A DNA stretch of 64,000 nucleotides from an uncultured virus (IMG/VR IMGVR_UViG_3300036401_000412) (taxonomy: Duplodnaviria > Heunggongvirae > Uroviricota > Caudoviricetes). Both the position numbers and the translations under genes were made by a program. Every line of letters begins with the position of its first letter. The stretch's first letter is position 1. Positions 1-8,991 of the stretch are shown here, piece by piece. The stretch lies in the IMG/VR virus record IMGVR_UViG_3300036401_000412; one strand, 5' to 3'. A model generated the notes under the pieces. That model was given only the letters and a program-made list of their open reading frames with translations. It was not told where the DNA came from and ran no database searches.

Positions 1-329
1 AACGCGTCCTCCATGTCGCGGCCGAGCGCGGTGGTGACACCGCCGGTCCTTTTGGCATTCTCGGCCGTGCGTGCGGCGTCGCGCTTCTCCCGCTCCTCGC
101 GGCGTGCGGCGGTCTCTTTCTGGCGCGCCTCGCGCTCGGCGTCGGTCTGGGCTTCCTGCGCGGCGGTGCGCTGGCCGCTCGCCGTCGTCGCCTGCTCGAT
201 CTTCTGCAACGTGGCGAGTATCTGGGTCAGCAGATTGTCGCCGGCTTCCTTCGCCTCGGTGGCACCGTCCTTGAACCCACCCGGGTCCAAGGATAGCGTC
301 ATCGTCAGTTCGTCAATAATGGTGGGCAT
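1..329 (-). CDS. Tape measure protein, N-terminal part (runs off the window start)
   Basis: Not in the ORF track because it is truncated. ATG at 329 overlaps the upstream TGA. It reads MPTIIDELTMTLSLDPGGFKDG... then an Ala/Glu/Arg-rich helical stretch, typical of tape-measure N-termini in this tail type. Confidence 0.65.
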   Translation of the reverse strand, partial: MPTIIDELTMTLSLDPGGFKDGATEAKEAGDNLLTQILATLQKIEQATTASGQRTAAQEAQTDAEREARQKETAARREEREKRDAARTAENAKRTGGVTTALGRDMEDA

Positions 330-1303
330 CAGCCCGGCCCTCGCGCCCGCACGGTGCCGAGAAACGTCGTGAACCACGGACCATTCGGCATCTCGCTCTC
401 CAGCGTATGGGTGATGCCGGACACAAACATCGGTCGCGAGTCGTTATTCCACAGGCTGCTTTGCACCTTCACCTGCTGATTGAATTTCAACGGCCGGAAC
501 GCGCAGGTGATCAGATACCCCATGCTGTTGAACTGCGGATAAGTCTTCATGCCCGACAGTGGCGTGATCAGCGGGATGTTGCTGATGTTACGACCTTGCC
601 CGCGTGGCCAGATCGCCAGCACGCCATCCTCGACGATCGCGCTGATGCCGGCGTGCTCGGCGATCCGCCGCATCTGTTGCAGCGCGGTGCCGGGGTAATA
701 GATATCGCGCAGCTTGGCGGTGACGCCGTTGTTCTCAAATGTCACGCCCATCTGGCTGGCCAGCGTCTTCATCACGGTCGCCACATCGACCGAGCCGGCT
801 TGGCTGATCGGCGGCGCCGGCTTGATCTGGTGGATGAAGCTTTCGAACGCGGTGATCTGGAATGCCACCTGGGGCTGGCTTTCGCCGTCGAGGTAGGCAT
901 CCTGGAGGGTGCCTTCGAACACCATCTGCATGCCGTCGACATCGTTGCCGGCATCGATCCTGACGCCGTTACGGCGCTGCGCGCCATACAGCAGACCGAG
1001 CGTCGAGAGTTTCTGCATCAGGTCGAACTTCATGCCGAAGACGCGGCACGACAGGGTCTTCGGTTGATTGCCGGCGGTCTGCTGCACGGTGACCGAAACG
1101 CGACGCCCGCGCAGTGTCACGGTGTTCTTGCCCTGCTCGCCGAAATTGCCGGTGCCGAGCGTGATGGTCACGTCGAGCTTGCGCTTGATGTAGGGCGCGG
1201 GTGCGCCGGTCACCGTGGTGGCAGGCTTGGTGACCGGTGGATCGGGCGGCAGGCGCGGGGCGGTGACCGTCACCTCCGGCAGCGTGACGGTCGAGCCGCT
1301 CAT
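329..1303 (-). CDS. Baseplate hub protein
   Basis: 324 aa in the tail module next to the spike gene. It has a beta-rich hub-like pattern (FEGTLQDAY, ITHTLES...WFT). Confidence 0.7.
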   Translation of the reverse strand: MSGSTVTLPEVTVTAPRLPPDPPVTKPATTVTGAPAPYIKRKLDVTITLGTGNFGEQGKNTVTLRGRRVSVTVQQTAGNQPKTLSCRVFGMKFDLMQKLSTLGLLYGAQRRNGVRIDAGNDVDGMQMVFEGTLQDAYLDGESQPQVAFQITAFESFIHQIKPAPPISQAGSVDVATVMKTLASQMGVTFENNGVTAKLRDIYYPGTALQQMRRIAEHAGISAIVEDGVLAIWPRGQGRNISNIPLITPLSGMKTYPQFNSMGYLITCAFRPLKFNQQVKVQSSLWNNDSRPMFVSGITHTLESEMPNGPWFTTFLGTVRARGPG

Positions 1304-2004
1304 TAGTTGACCGGTGGACTGGTAGAGGCACCGCCCGGCAGCACGTTGCCGTGGACGTGGCTGCTGTCGATATGCTTGCTGTTCGACGTGATGGTGCCGG
1401 TCTGCGCGATGTCCATGTTGATCGTCATGGTGCCGCGCCCACCAGCCTGATTGCCCACCCAGGTCACGTCGCCCTCGAATACGATCGCGGGCGCGCGGAT
1501 CGTGATGGTGCCGGGCGAGACCAGCGTCAGGCCATCGTCGGTGAACTGCATATACTGGCCGGGCGCCCCCTTGGCGATCACCGTGCCGACATAGAGCGCA
1601 TCCGCCAGATCGTGGCGGCGGAACGATCCCGGCGCCGAGGCGTCGCCCTTGTTGGCCTTCACCGCCGAGATGTCGCGCGAGGCGCAGACGATCACGCCGA
1701 CGTCGCCGGCCTTGGGGTCCATGATGATGCCGTTGAGGCCGTTCTGGTGGCGGTGGTAGGGCACGTTATAGATCGGCCCATGCGGATAGGTGTTGGCGGC
1801 GCCGTCGATCTGGTGCACCAGCAACTCGACATCGATCGTGCCGGGCGGCGCCACCTCGCCGTTGCTGCGCGCGCCGACCACGCGGACCACCGCCGAGGTC
1901 GCGACTTCCGACAACACCGCCTTGACCAGCGAGTGCATCGCGTTGGTCTCTGACCCAAAATCGCTGGTGCCACGGAACCCGAGATAGCCGTCTGACTCAG
2001 ACAT
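1303..2004 (-). CDS. Baseplate spike (gpV/Gp138-like)
   Basis: N-terminal OB-fold-like segment (PKAGDVGVIV...RRHDLAD) and a C-terminal HxH motif (SSHVHGNV) typical of iron-binding spike tips. Confidence 0.8.
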   Translation of the reverse strand: MSESDGYLGFRGTSDFGSETNAMHSLVKAVLSEVATSAVVRVVGARSNGEVAPPGTIDVELLVHQIDGAANTYPHGPIYNVPYHRHQNGLNGIIMDPKAGDVGVIVCASRDISAVKANKGDASAPGSFRRHDLADALYVGTVIAKGAPGQYMQFTDDGLTLVSPGTITIRAPAIVFEGDVTWVGNQAGGRGTMTINMDIAQTGTITSNSKHIDSSHVHGNVLPGGASTSPPVN

Positions 2005-2253
2005 TCACGTCTCCTCGCGAGACGCCCATTTGTTGGCGAGGCGCTGGTTGAAGGTATCGACCCGGATGATCTCCACCAACCGGTAAAGATCAGCCACCCC
2101 ATAGACCGTGCTGAGTTCGCGCAGCGTCGCCTGTCGCGCCGAGATCACCGCGCCGATGCTGCTGGGAACGTTGCGATATTCGGCCCATTCTGGTTGTTCG
2201 TCCCCGACGGTCCCGTCGTCGAGTTCCAATATCGCGCGCGTATAGAAAAACCC
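2005..2253 (-). CDS. Tail assembly chaperone C-terminal extension (gpGT-like), reached by -1 frameshift
   Basis: Open -1 frame (…GFFYTRAILELD…ATLRELSTVYGVADLY…) overlapping the chaperone 3' end and entered at the slippery heptamer GGGTTTT (2247-2253). Confidence 0.7.
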   Translation of the reverse strand, partial: GFFYTRAILELDDGTVGDEQPEWAEYRNVPSSIGAVISARQATLRELSTVYGVADLYRLVEIIRVDTFNQRLANKWASREET

Positions 2254-2630
2254 AGGTGGGTGTCGAACCACGCCTCCCTGAGTGCCATCAGCGTGGTGAT
2301 CTCCTCGATATCCTCGGCGACCAGTTGCCGTGTCAGGTTGCGCGACGGATCGGGCTGGAACGACACGCACGCCAGCATCTCATCCATCAGCGGCTTGCAG
2401 ACCTTCCAGTCGATGCCGCCGATGCCGTGCACCGCGATCCAGGCAGCGGCGCCTTCGAAGCCCATGTTGAAGAACCCGTTCGGCACGTTGGCATTGCCGG
2501 CGGCCAGCATGGTGAGCAATCGTCCGGCCCAGAACTCCGCGTCGGCTGCCGCCATCTCGGTGATCCAGAACACCTTGCCGTGGTCGCGGCCTTCGCGTTC
2601 GATCACCACCCGATCGCGGCGTCGTGCCAT
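2145..2630 (-). CDS. Tail assembly chaperone (gpG-like)
   Basis: Directly follows the tube gene. ATG (MARRRDRV…) abuts the tube stop codon. Confidence 0.75.
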   Translation of the reverse strand: MARRRDRVVIEREGRDHGKVFWITEMAAADAEFWAGRLLTMLAAGNANVPNGFFNMGFEGAAAWIAVHGIGGIDWKVCKPLMDEMLACVSFQPDPSRNLTRQLVAEDIEEITTLMALREAWFDTHLGFSIRARYWNSTTGPSGTNNQNGPNIATFPAASAR

Positions 2631-3061
2631 TACAGCGGCGCGCCGTTGATCGACTGCCACGTGATGGTGAAGCGGCGCGGTTGCAGGATGCGCCGCGCAT
2701 CAGCCATCGGCGGATAGTTGGTTAGGAACCCCTGCACGCAATAGAACCCGCGACCGATCGACTGGAGCGTGATGTGGGCATTGGCGATGTATGCCTCCCG
2801 CTGCTGTTCCTGGGCGTTATACCACGTGTCGAAGATCAGGTTCGACGGGCTGTCGGCTTGCAATGCGATGGTCTGCACCTTGGGCTGCGGTGTCCAACCG
2901 CCGGAGAGGATACCATCGACCCCCATCAGCGTCTCGACCGGTGCCACCAGCGCGTGGCTGAACACGTCGTCGGCGGCGAACCCCTGCAACTGCAAGGGTG
3001 CCGGGAACAGATTGGTCACGCTGATCATGAACACCGCATTCGCGGCAGTGATGGTTGCCAC
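2630..3061 (-). CDS. Tail tube protein
   Basis: 143 aa directly after the sheath gene. GTG start with a GGAGG Shine-Dalgarno sequence. Confidence 0.8.
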   Translation of the reverse strand: MATITAANAVFMISVTNLFPAPLQLQGFAADDVFSHALVAPVETLMGVDGILSGGWTPQPKVQTIALQADSPSNLIFDTWYNAQEQQREAYIANAHITLQSIGRGFYCVQGFLTNYPPMADARRILQPRRFTITWQSINGAPL

Positions 3062-3094
3062 TGAAACCTCCTATCCGTTGCGCTTGCGGGGTGC

Positions 3095-4993
3095 TTACTG
3101 GACCATCACCGAGGCGAGCGTGATGCGCTGGACGGAGCCGCCGTCCATATACCAGAACGTGCACGGCGGGGTGCCGCGATTGGCGCGCACCTGCGGATCG
3201 GCATCCGACACTTGCAGGTAGTAGCCCTGCGAATTGAGGATGCCGTCGATCGCCACACCGGCCATGTTGTTGACTTCGTTGATCTGCGCTTGTGACAGCG
3301 TCACCCCGGTGCGGATCGCACCGAAGTTGAGCGCGCGATTGATCACGTCCTGGCAGGCCGCCTTGATCATCGTGTAGCCGACCTGATTGTAGGGGATCGA
3401 GCCGACCGTGGTGAGCAACTCCATCAGCGCCAGTTGGAAGCCGTTGTTCATCCAAATCTGATTGATGTAGCTGTCGATCCACTTGTAGGGACCGGAGACG
3501 ACGCCGGGATACAGGAAGCGGAACAGATCGTTCGCCGTCGTCCAGATGCCATAGTAGTTGTATTTGTTGGCCTCCAGGTTTTTCGCGATGCCACCGTCGG
3601 TGATGTCAGGGGTGATGCCGGTGGCGCCTCGGAAGGCCAGCGTCTTGCGGCCGTTCAACCGGTTGAAGTCGATCGCCGCGACCACGCCCATCATGAACAT
3701 CGCCAGATTGCGCCCGGTGGTGACGCCGGAGGTGACGCCGTCGGCCGCGAGCAGCGGTGAATAGATCGGCGCGGTGCCGGAGGTGAGCGCGGTGTCGAGG
3801 ATGCGGGCGAGGCTGCCGGAGCCACCCGATGCCGGGCCGGCGGCGGTGGCGTCGTTGTCCCAGCACACATACATATAATTGTTCTGCTGCGCGTTAGTCC
3901 AAGCAGCGAATTGTTGCTTGACAGCATTGTTGCGGAGACCGGTGGCGGGGTTGATTGCGTCGGGTTCGAATGCGGTGGCGAAGCACGCCCAGTTCTGAGT
4001 TTTGCGGACGATGAGGTCCAACCAGCCGGCCGGCGTTACGAACGGGACGCCCAGGCCGGGGACATTGCTCATGCCCAACGGCTGGATGGTGGCGCCGAGT
4101 GCCGGGGTCAGTCGCAACACGGTCGCGGCATTACCCTTCAGCGAGGTGATCGCGCTGATGGTCGAGATCGCCGGGTTTTTGTAGACCCCTGGCGCGGCGG
4201 CGATCTTGAACTGCCAGCTTTGCGCGTCCCAGGTGCACGGGTTGCGGAATATCTGAAGGTTTTGCGGTGAGCCTTGGGTGTGCGGCTTGTTGATCTCAAA
4301 GACGCCGGTGATACCGGTGCCGCTGATCTTGCGCACGATGTAGGTATCCATCGCAAAGCCGGTGCCTTGGATGACATCACCTGCGCCGATGGTCTGTTGC
4401 GTGGTGATGGCGGGCACGCCGATAGGGATGTTGTTGGTGGTGATATTGAGCGTGGTGCCGGAGCAGGTCGCCAGCACGCCGGCCACCGGTGTGAAGGTGC
4501 GCGGATCGGGAAAGACGCCGACGGTTCGATGGATCGCCGCACCGAGCCGCATCGCGGCCTCGGAATAAGAGCCGACATCGGCCATCGAAATAGGTGCGCT
4601 GGTCACGTTCGCGCCGCCACCGATATTCAGTGAGATTTGGCTGGCCGGATCGATCGCCCTGATCTGATCGAGCGTGAGGCCCTGATTGGGCGCGCTCATC
4701 ACCCAGGCCGGCAGCCACGAATTGCCGTAGGTGGAGACCAGCAACGCGCCCGGCCGCTTGGTGGCGTTGGTGTCGGCGAGGAAATAGGTGCCGGCCAGCA
4801 TCGCCATGTAGGACGTCGGGCCATAGAACCGCTGCACCGAGATCAGGTCGGGGAACGAATACACCTCGCCCACCGGGGTATGATTATCGGTGGTGATCAA
4901 CAGACCGAGCAGATCGATGCCGACGCCGCCGGCATTGAGGACGCTCGGCAGCACAGACACGATTTGGGATGCGGGAATCGCTGAACCGCTCAT
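3095..4993 (-). CDS. Tail sheath protein (DUF3383-like)
   Basis: Starts AIPASQIVSVLPSV and ends FWYMDGGSVQRI, characteristic of DUF3383 contractile sheaths. Strong SD (GGAGGAGG). Confidence 0.88.
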   Translation of the reverse strand: MSGSAIPASQIVSVLPSVLNAGGVGIDLLGLLITTDNHTPVGEVYSFPDLISVQRFYGPTSYMAMLAGTYFLADTNATKRPGALLVSTYGNSWLPAWVMSAPNQGLTLDQIRAIDPASQISLNIGGGANVTSAPISMADVGSYSEAAMRLGAAIHRTVGVFPDPRTFTPVAGVLATCSGTTLNITTNNIPIGVPAITTQQTIGAGDVIQGTGFAMDTYIVRKISGTGITGVFEINKPHTQGSPQNLQIFRNPCTWDAQSWQFKIAAAPGVYKNPAISTISAITSLKGNAATVLRLTPALGATIQPLGMSNVPGLGVPFVTPAGWLDLIVRKTQNWACFATAFEPDAINPATGLRNNAVKQQFAAWTNAQQNNYMYVCWDNDATAAGPASGGSGSLARILDTALTSGTAPIYSPLLAADGVTSGVTTGRNLAMFMMGVVAAIDFNRLNGRKTLAFRGATGITPDITDGGIAKNLEANKYNYYGIWTTANDLFRFLYPGVVSGPYKWIDSYINQIWMNNGFQLALMELLTTVGSIPYNQVGYTMIKAACQDVINRALNFGAIRTGVTLSQAQINEVNNMAGVAIDGILNSQGYYLQVSDADPQVRANRGTPPCTFWYMDGGSVQRITLASVMVQ

Positions 4994-5046
4994 CGCGGGC
5001 CTCCTCCAATGAAGTCAGGGATGCGTCGGGCGCGACGCGCGCGGGG

Positions 5047-5784
5047 TCAGTGCGGTGTGATGCTGGGGATCAGGATCAGATCGACCGGATAGAGACCGAT
5101 CACCACGTCATCGGCGAACTCCTGACCGAGCGTGACGATGATGTTGGCTTGCAGGTGCAGATCGACGATCCAGCGATCCTCCCACTGCGACTCGGCATTC
5201 TGGAACGGCACCATGCGCGGATCGTCGGCATAGAGCGGGGCCATCTCCAGCGGCCCCGACACCGCCTTGACCATCTGATAGCCCGCGTCGTCGCGCCACG
5301 TGGTGTGGATCGCGGCGGCGTTCATGCTCGAATTGGGACCATGCACATCGCATTGATAGACAAGGTCCGCCGGTTGCAGCATGACGTGGCGGCCGACATA
5401 GATCGTGCTGCCCGCCGGAACCATCTGCGGCGGCGTCACGGTGTAGCTGTTGGCGACAGACCCGGCGGCGGTGATGACGCTGCCACGCACCACGTGAGGG
5501 CCATACAGCGTATAGCCCGGCAGCAAGGTGATGGCGGGTTGCTGCACCTGCATGGTGTCATCGGTGATCGCGCCGATCACCTTGAGATCGAGATCGGTGT
5601 CGCGGTTGGTGGCCAGCCGCTCGCGCCGCAGCGGTGTCACGACACAGAAGTCATCGCCGATCGGTTCGGGCACCTTGTTGCCGAACGCGCGGATCACCTC
5701 GATCCCGGCGGGCAGCAATTCAAGCAGCACCGCGCGCACCACGGCGAGTGCCTGGGTGTCGCCGAGGTTGACCAGTGCGGGCAT
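5047..5784 (-). CDS. Tail terminator / tail completion protein
   Basis: Located just upstream of the sheath gene. Motifs QCDVHGP, PLYADDP and EDRW...LQAN. Confidence 0.7.
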   Translation of the reverse strand: MPALVNLGDTQALAVVRAVLLELLPAGIEVIRAFGNKVPEPIGDDFCVVTPLRRERLATNRDTDLDLKVIGAITDDTMQVQQPAITLLPGYTLYGPHVVRGSVITAAGSVANSYTVTPPQMVPAGSTIYVGRHVMLQPADLVYQCDVHGPNSSMNAAAIHTTWRDDAGYQMVKAVSGPLEMAPLYADDPRMVPFQNAESQWEDRWIVDLHLQANIIVTLGQEFADDVVIGLYPVDLILIPSITPH

Positions 5785-5787
5785 GGA

Positions 5788-6051
5788 TCAGTCGTCGTCG
5801 TCGTCTTCGTAGAGGATGCCGGCGGGGAACCCGGCATTCGGTTCGGTCACCAGCCCGGGCTGTTGATCGCGGGCGCCATAGAAGATGTCACGGCCACGCT
5901 TGGCACCGTAGAGCGGCCGTGAGGCGGCACTGTCGACGCCCGTGATGGTGCCCTTGTTCTTGGACGCGTAGAACACCTGCTCGCCTTTTTTCTCGCCGTA
6001 TTGGTCGGTCATTGCGCCCTTTATTTCAGCGCCTTTGTCGGTGAGCGGCAT
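5788..6051 (-). CDS. Small phage protein (MPLTDKG…YGEKKGEQVFYASKNKG)
   Basis: ATG at 6051 with a GAGGGG SD; in the late operon. Confidence 0.65.
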   Translation of the reverse strand: MPLTDKGAEIKGAMTDQYGEKKGEQVFYASKNKGTITGVDSAASRPLYGAKRGRDIFYGARDQQPGLVTEPNAGFPAGILYEDDDDD

Positions 6052-6061
6052 CGCGGCCCCC

Positions 6062-6460
6062 TCAGTTGTGCAGTCGGATGCAGCGATGCACGCCATCGCC
6101 CTCGCCGCGCGCGCGGAACGGCGTGACGTTGGCATCCTCCGGCGGTGGCGGTGCGGCGGCGACGATCGAGGACTCGCCGCCGTTGCGCAGCCAGTGATAG
6201 ATCAGCCGCTGCTCGATCTGCGGTGGCACATAGGTGTCCTCCTCCGCCGCGATGAGTTCTGGTGGCGGCGGCGTCACCGCCGGTTCATCCCGTGCAATGA
6301 ACGGGACCGGCAGCAACTCGATCTTGGCGCTGGTCTCGACCGCGACCTTGGTCTCGACCTTGGCCGCCGTCTCGACTGCCGGCCAGTCGATCTTGAGATC
6401 AGGGAAGACGATCGCTTCCCTGGTATCGATCACGCCCACACGATCCTCGCGAATGGGCAT
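6062..6460 (-). CDS. Hypothetical Pro-rich protein
   Basis: ATG at 6460 overlaps the upstream TGA (MPIREDRVG…). Confidence 0.55.
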   Translation of the reverse strand: MPIREDRVGVIDTREAIVFPDLKIDWPAVETAAKVETKVAVETSAKIELLPVPFIARDEPAVTPPPPELIAAEEDTYVPPQIEQRLIYHWLRNGGESSIVAAAPPPPEDANVTPFRARGEGDGVHRCIRLHN

Positions 6461-6771
6461 CAGCCGAGCGGCGTCCAGGTGCTGTCGCCGGCCGAGACAT
6501 AGATCACCGTGCCCGGCTGACCGGCGCTGTCGATATACAGCGAGCCGTTCTGGTCGAACCCGGGCGTGGCACCGCCCGGCGCGCCGGAACCGACCGAGAT
6601 CACCGCCGAGGCCGGCGGTGTGCCGAGCACGATCTGCCCGGTGGTTGCCGGTCCCATAGCGGCGTCCTGCAAGGCGCCGATCTCCGCCGCAGCGGTGGCG
6701 AAATTGTCGCGCACGTCCTGGGTGTAGGCTTCCGTGGTGGAGGGCTTGGTGATGTCGATATTGGAGGCCAT
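6460..6771 (-). CDS. Small putative virion/fibre-like protein
   Basis: 103 aa with a GGAG SD. MASNIDITKP…VRDNFATAAAEI helix followed by a short beta domain (GSGAP…GSLYID). Confidence 0.6.
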   Translation of the reverse strand: MASNIDITKPSTTEAYTQDVRDNFATAAAEIGALQDAAMGPATTGQIVLGTPPASAVISVGSGAPGGATPGFDQNGSLYIDSAGQPGTVIYVSAGDSTWTPLG

Positions 6772-6791
6772 GACTTGTTTCTCCGCCGTTA

Positions 6792-6977
6792 TTAGTAGGG
6801 CCAGATGGTCGCGCCGTCATCCCACACGGTGCCGCCGTCATCCCACACAGTCAGTGTGGTGATGACGCCCCGGTTGGGGCCGAAGGTCTGCCAGTAAGTG
6901 CGCAGTTTCTGTTGGGTGTCCGACGGCACCTTGGTGTCGTCTGCGACGTCGGGCGTGGGCGCGGGTGAATCGCTCAT
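6792..6977 (-). CDS. Hypothetical protein with a TVWDDG repeat
   Basis: ATG overlaps the upstream stop (ATGA). C-terminus is TVWDDGGTVWDDGATIW. Confidence 0.55.
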   Translation of the reverse strand: MSDSPAPTPDVADDTKVPSDTQQKLRTYWQTFGPNRGVITTLTVWDDGGTVWDDGATIWPY

Positions 6978-7423
6978 GACTTGGTTCCTTCGATGAGAGG
7001 CGGCGCGTGATGCCCGGGTGCGGGCGGCGCACCGAGGAACGCCGAAGCCGGTTTCGGCGATTGCATGGTGACGATGACCTTGCACCAGTCGGGCCACGCC
7101 TCGGGCACCATCGTCACCAGCCAGTGCGCGCCATTGAAGTTGAAGATGTCGCCACCGGTCTGCTCGGCACGCACGACCCCGGCCCAACTGCCGTTGAGGT
7201 AGACGTTTTTGCGGATGCCCTGGATGTTGATGCCGGCGTCGGCGAGCAGCTTGAGATCGTCGGTCGACAAATCCTGCACCTGCGCCGGGCCGCTAAGCCG
7301 ATCGAAATTTGGCGTGCGCGAGCCGTCGGGCGCGGTGTCGTAGCCGGTGGAGCGCAGGATTTCCACCTGGATGAACGGATTGACGATACCGATCGCGCCC
7401 GCGACCATGCCGTGCAGGTTCAT
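6974..7423 (-). CDS. Head closure / head-tail joining protein
   Basis: Neck-region synteny. MNLHGMVAGAI…GGD…WLV…E.WPDW pattern. Confidence 0.7.
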   Translation of the reverse strand: MNLHGMVAGAIGIVNPFIQVEILRSTGYDTAPDGSRTPNFDRLSGPAQVQDLSTDDLKLLADAGINIQGIRKNVYLNGSWAGVVRAEQTGGDIFNFNGAHWLVTMVPEAWPDWCKVIVTMQSPKPASAFLGAPPAPGHHAPPLIEGTKS

Positions 7424-7896
7424 CCCCTGACCACCTCAAATGATACCGCGTTGAGCATGATCGCGTGCTCGATCAGCGGTTTGTCGAAGCCCTTTTTGTC
7501 GATCGTCGCCTGCGCCAGCGGCGGTGCCATCAGCGCGTTGATCGACTCCTTGATACGGCCCTGGATTTCCTGCCCGAGCACGTCGAGCGTGGCATCGACG
7601 TCGTTGTTGGCCTTCAGCAGTGCCGCCGCCATCGCCGGCCACTTGGCCGACTGCGCCGCGATCATGATGCGGAAGAACGGACGCGGCGGTTGGCGCCACG
7701 CCACCGGGCCATGCTCGCCTTCGCCCATCGTGCGGTAGACGCCGAACTCATTCCACGCCGCCACCTGCCCGACCGGAATGCCGGTCTCGGGATAGGTGGC
7801 ACCCTTCAGGAACCCTACCTTCAGCGTGCGTGGTTCGTCGAACTGCTTGGCCAAATCCTCGAGTGCGGCGGGGTTGGTCCGGGTCAGCGCCGCCAC
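7420..7896 (-). CDS. Neck protein (HK97 gp10-like)
   Basis: Motifs LKVGFL, AAWNEFG, PPRPFFR and TIDKKGFDKPLI. Probable GTG start at 7896. Confidence 0.75.
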   Translation of the reverse strand: MAALTRTNPAALEDLAKQFDEPRTLKVGFLKGATYPETGIPVGQVAAWNEFGVYRTMGEGEHGPVAWRQPPRPFFRIMIAAQSAKWPAMAAALLKANNDVDATLDVLGQEIQGRIKESINALMAPPLAQATIDKKGFDKPLIEHAIMLNAVSFEVVRG

Positions 7897-8420
7897 GGCG
7901 TCGGCACCAGCGGCGGTATCAGACCGCCGCCATACAGCGGTAGATACACCTCGGGGAACGGCTGCGGCCCGAGGAAGTAGCGGAAGGTGCGATACTGCGC
8001 CGTCGCCACCCAATACATCGCGCCGTAGCGGGTCTGATAATACCACGCGGCATTCGGCCCGTCGCCCGATCCCATGTCGCCGAAGCTGACCGAGACCGAG
8101 CCTTCCGAGGCGGACTGGATACGCCCGACCACACCGGCCCCCTGCCCTGCCGCCACCTGCCCGCACGGATCGAGGCCGCCGTTCAGTGCCGCGATGTGCG
8201 CGGTCAGCATGTCGAGATAGGTGGCGCGCGGCCCGGTCGGCGTCTGCGTCGAATCATACGGCACCGGGGAGCCTGCGGTGTTGTCGCAGAACACGCACGC
8301 GTCGTCGAAGAACCCCTGGGCGCGCGGCTGGGTGACGGCGCCGAACTCAGGGTAGCGCTGCATCCAGTGCTGATAGTCGAAGATGACGACGTGCGGGTCC
8401 GGCGTGACCGTGACGCTCAT
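7884..8420 (-). CDS. Head-tail adaptor (DUF4054-like)
   Basis: Motifs RYPEF, LTAHIAAL, GRIQSASEGSVSVS and QTRYG. Confidence 0.8.
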   Translation of the reverse strand: MSVTVTPDPHVVIFDYQHWMQRYPEFGAVTQPRAQGFFDDACVFCDNTAGSPVPYDSTQTPTGPRATYLDMLTAHIAALNGGLDPCGQVAAGQGAGVVGRIQSASEGSVSVSFGDMGSGDGPNAAWYYQTRYGAMYWVATAQYRTFRYFLGPQPFPEVYLPLYGGGLIPPLVPTPWRR

Positions 8421-8974
8421 GACTGCCGTTGCGGCGCGGGCGGTGATGGTGGCGGCGGTGATGTCGCCGCTTCCTTGGCGGCGAGTGCCGCCATCGCGTC
8501 GCGCTGGAACGTCTCGGCGACATCGCGGTCGGCGGCGGCTGCCTCGGCCATGATCTCGGCCTCTTTGCGCATCTGCTCGGCTTGGCGCAGTGCCATCTCG
8601 GCCTGCCGGCGGCGCTGGGCGCCCGCCTGGAGCGCTGCCTGGGTCTCCGCGAGCGACAGGGCATCGAACATGCCGCCGCCCTCTGGGGGTGTCTCCAGGC
8701 CCAGTTCAAAGCCGTATTGCTGCGATTGATCAGCCAAGTCATCCACCTCCTGCTGCGTGACGATGCGGACATGCGGTGTCAGATCGACGTTGAGCGCGAT
8801 CCACTCGCCGAACGCCGCGTCATCGACGTCGTAGGTGATGCCGGTGCCACTGATCGCGGTCGGATCACGCTCGCCGACGATCTCGACGGAATAGTCCGGG
8901 TGAAACCCAGGAACCGGTGTGCTGGTGCAGAGCACCGCCATCGGCAGGGTGGATGCAACGATCACGAGTGCCAT
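8417..8974 (-). CDS. Putative head-associated protein, paralog 3 (C-terminal coiled coil)
   Basis: The N-terminal ~90 aa align by eye with 8992-9558 and 9571-9996. Confidence 0.7.
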   Translation of the reverse strand: MALVIVASTLPMAVLCTSTPVPGFHPDYSVEIVGERDPTAISGTGITYDVDDAAFGEWIALNVDLTPHVRIVTQQEVDDLADQSQQYGFELGLETPPEGGGMFDALSLAETQAALQAGAQRRRQAEMALRQAEQMRKEAEIMAEAAAADRDVAETFQRDAMAALAAKEAATSPPPPSPPAPQRQS

Positions 8975-8991
8975 CGGGGTGCCCCTTTCAA

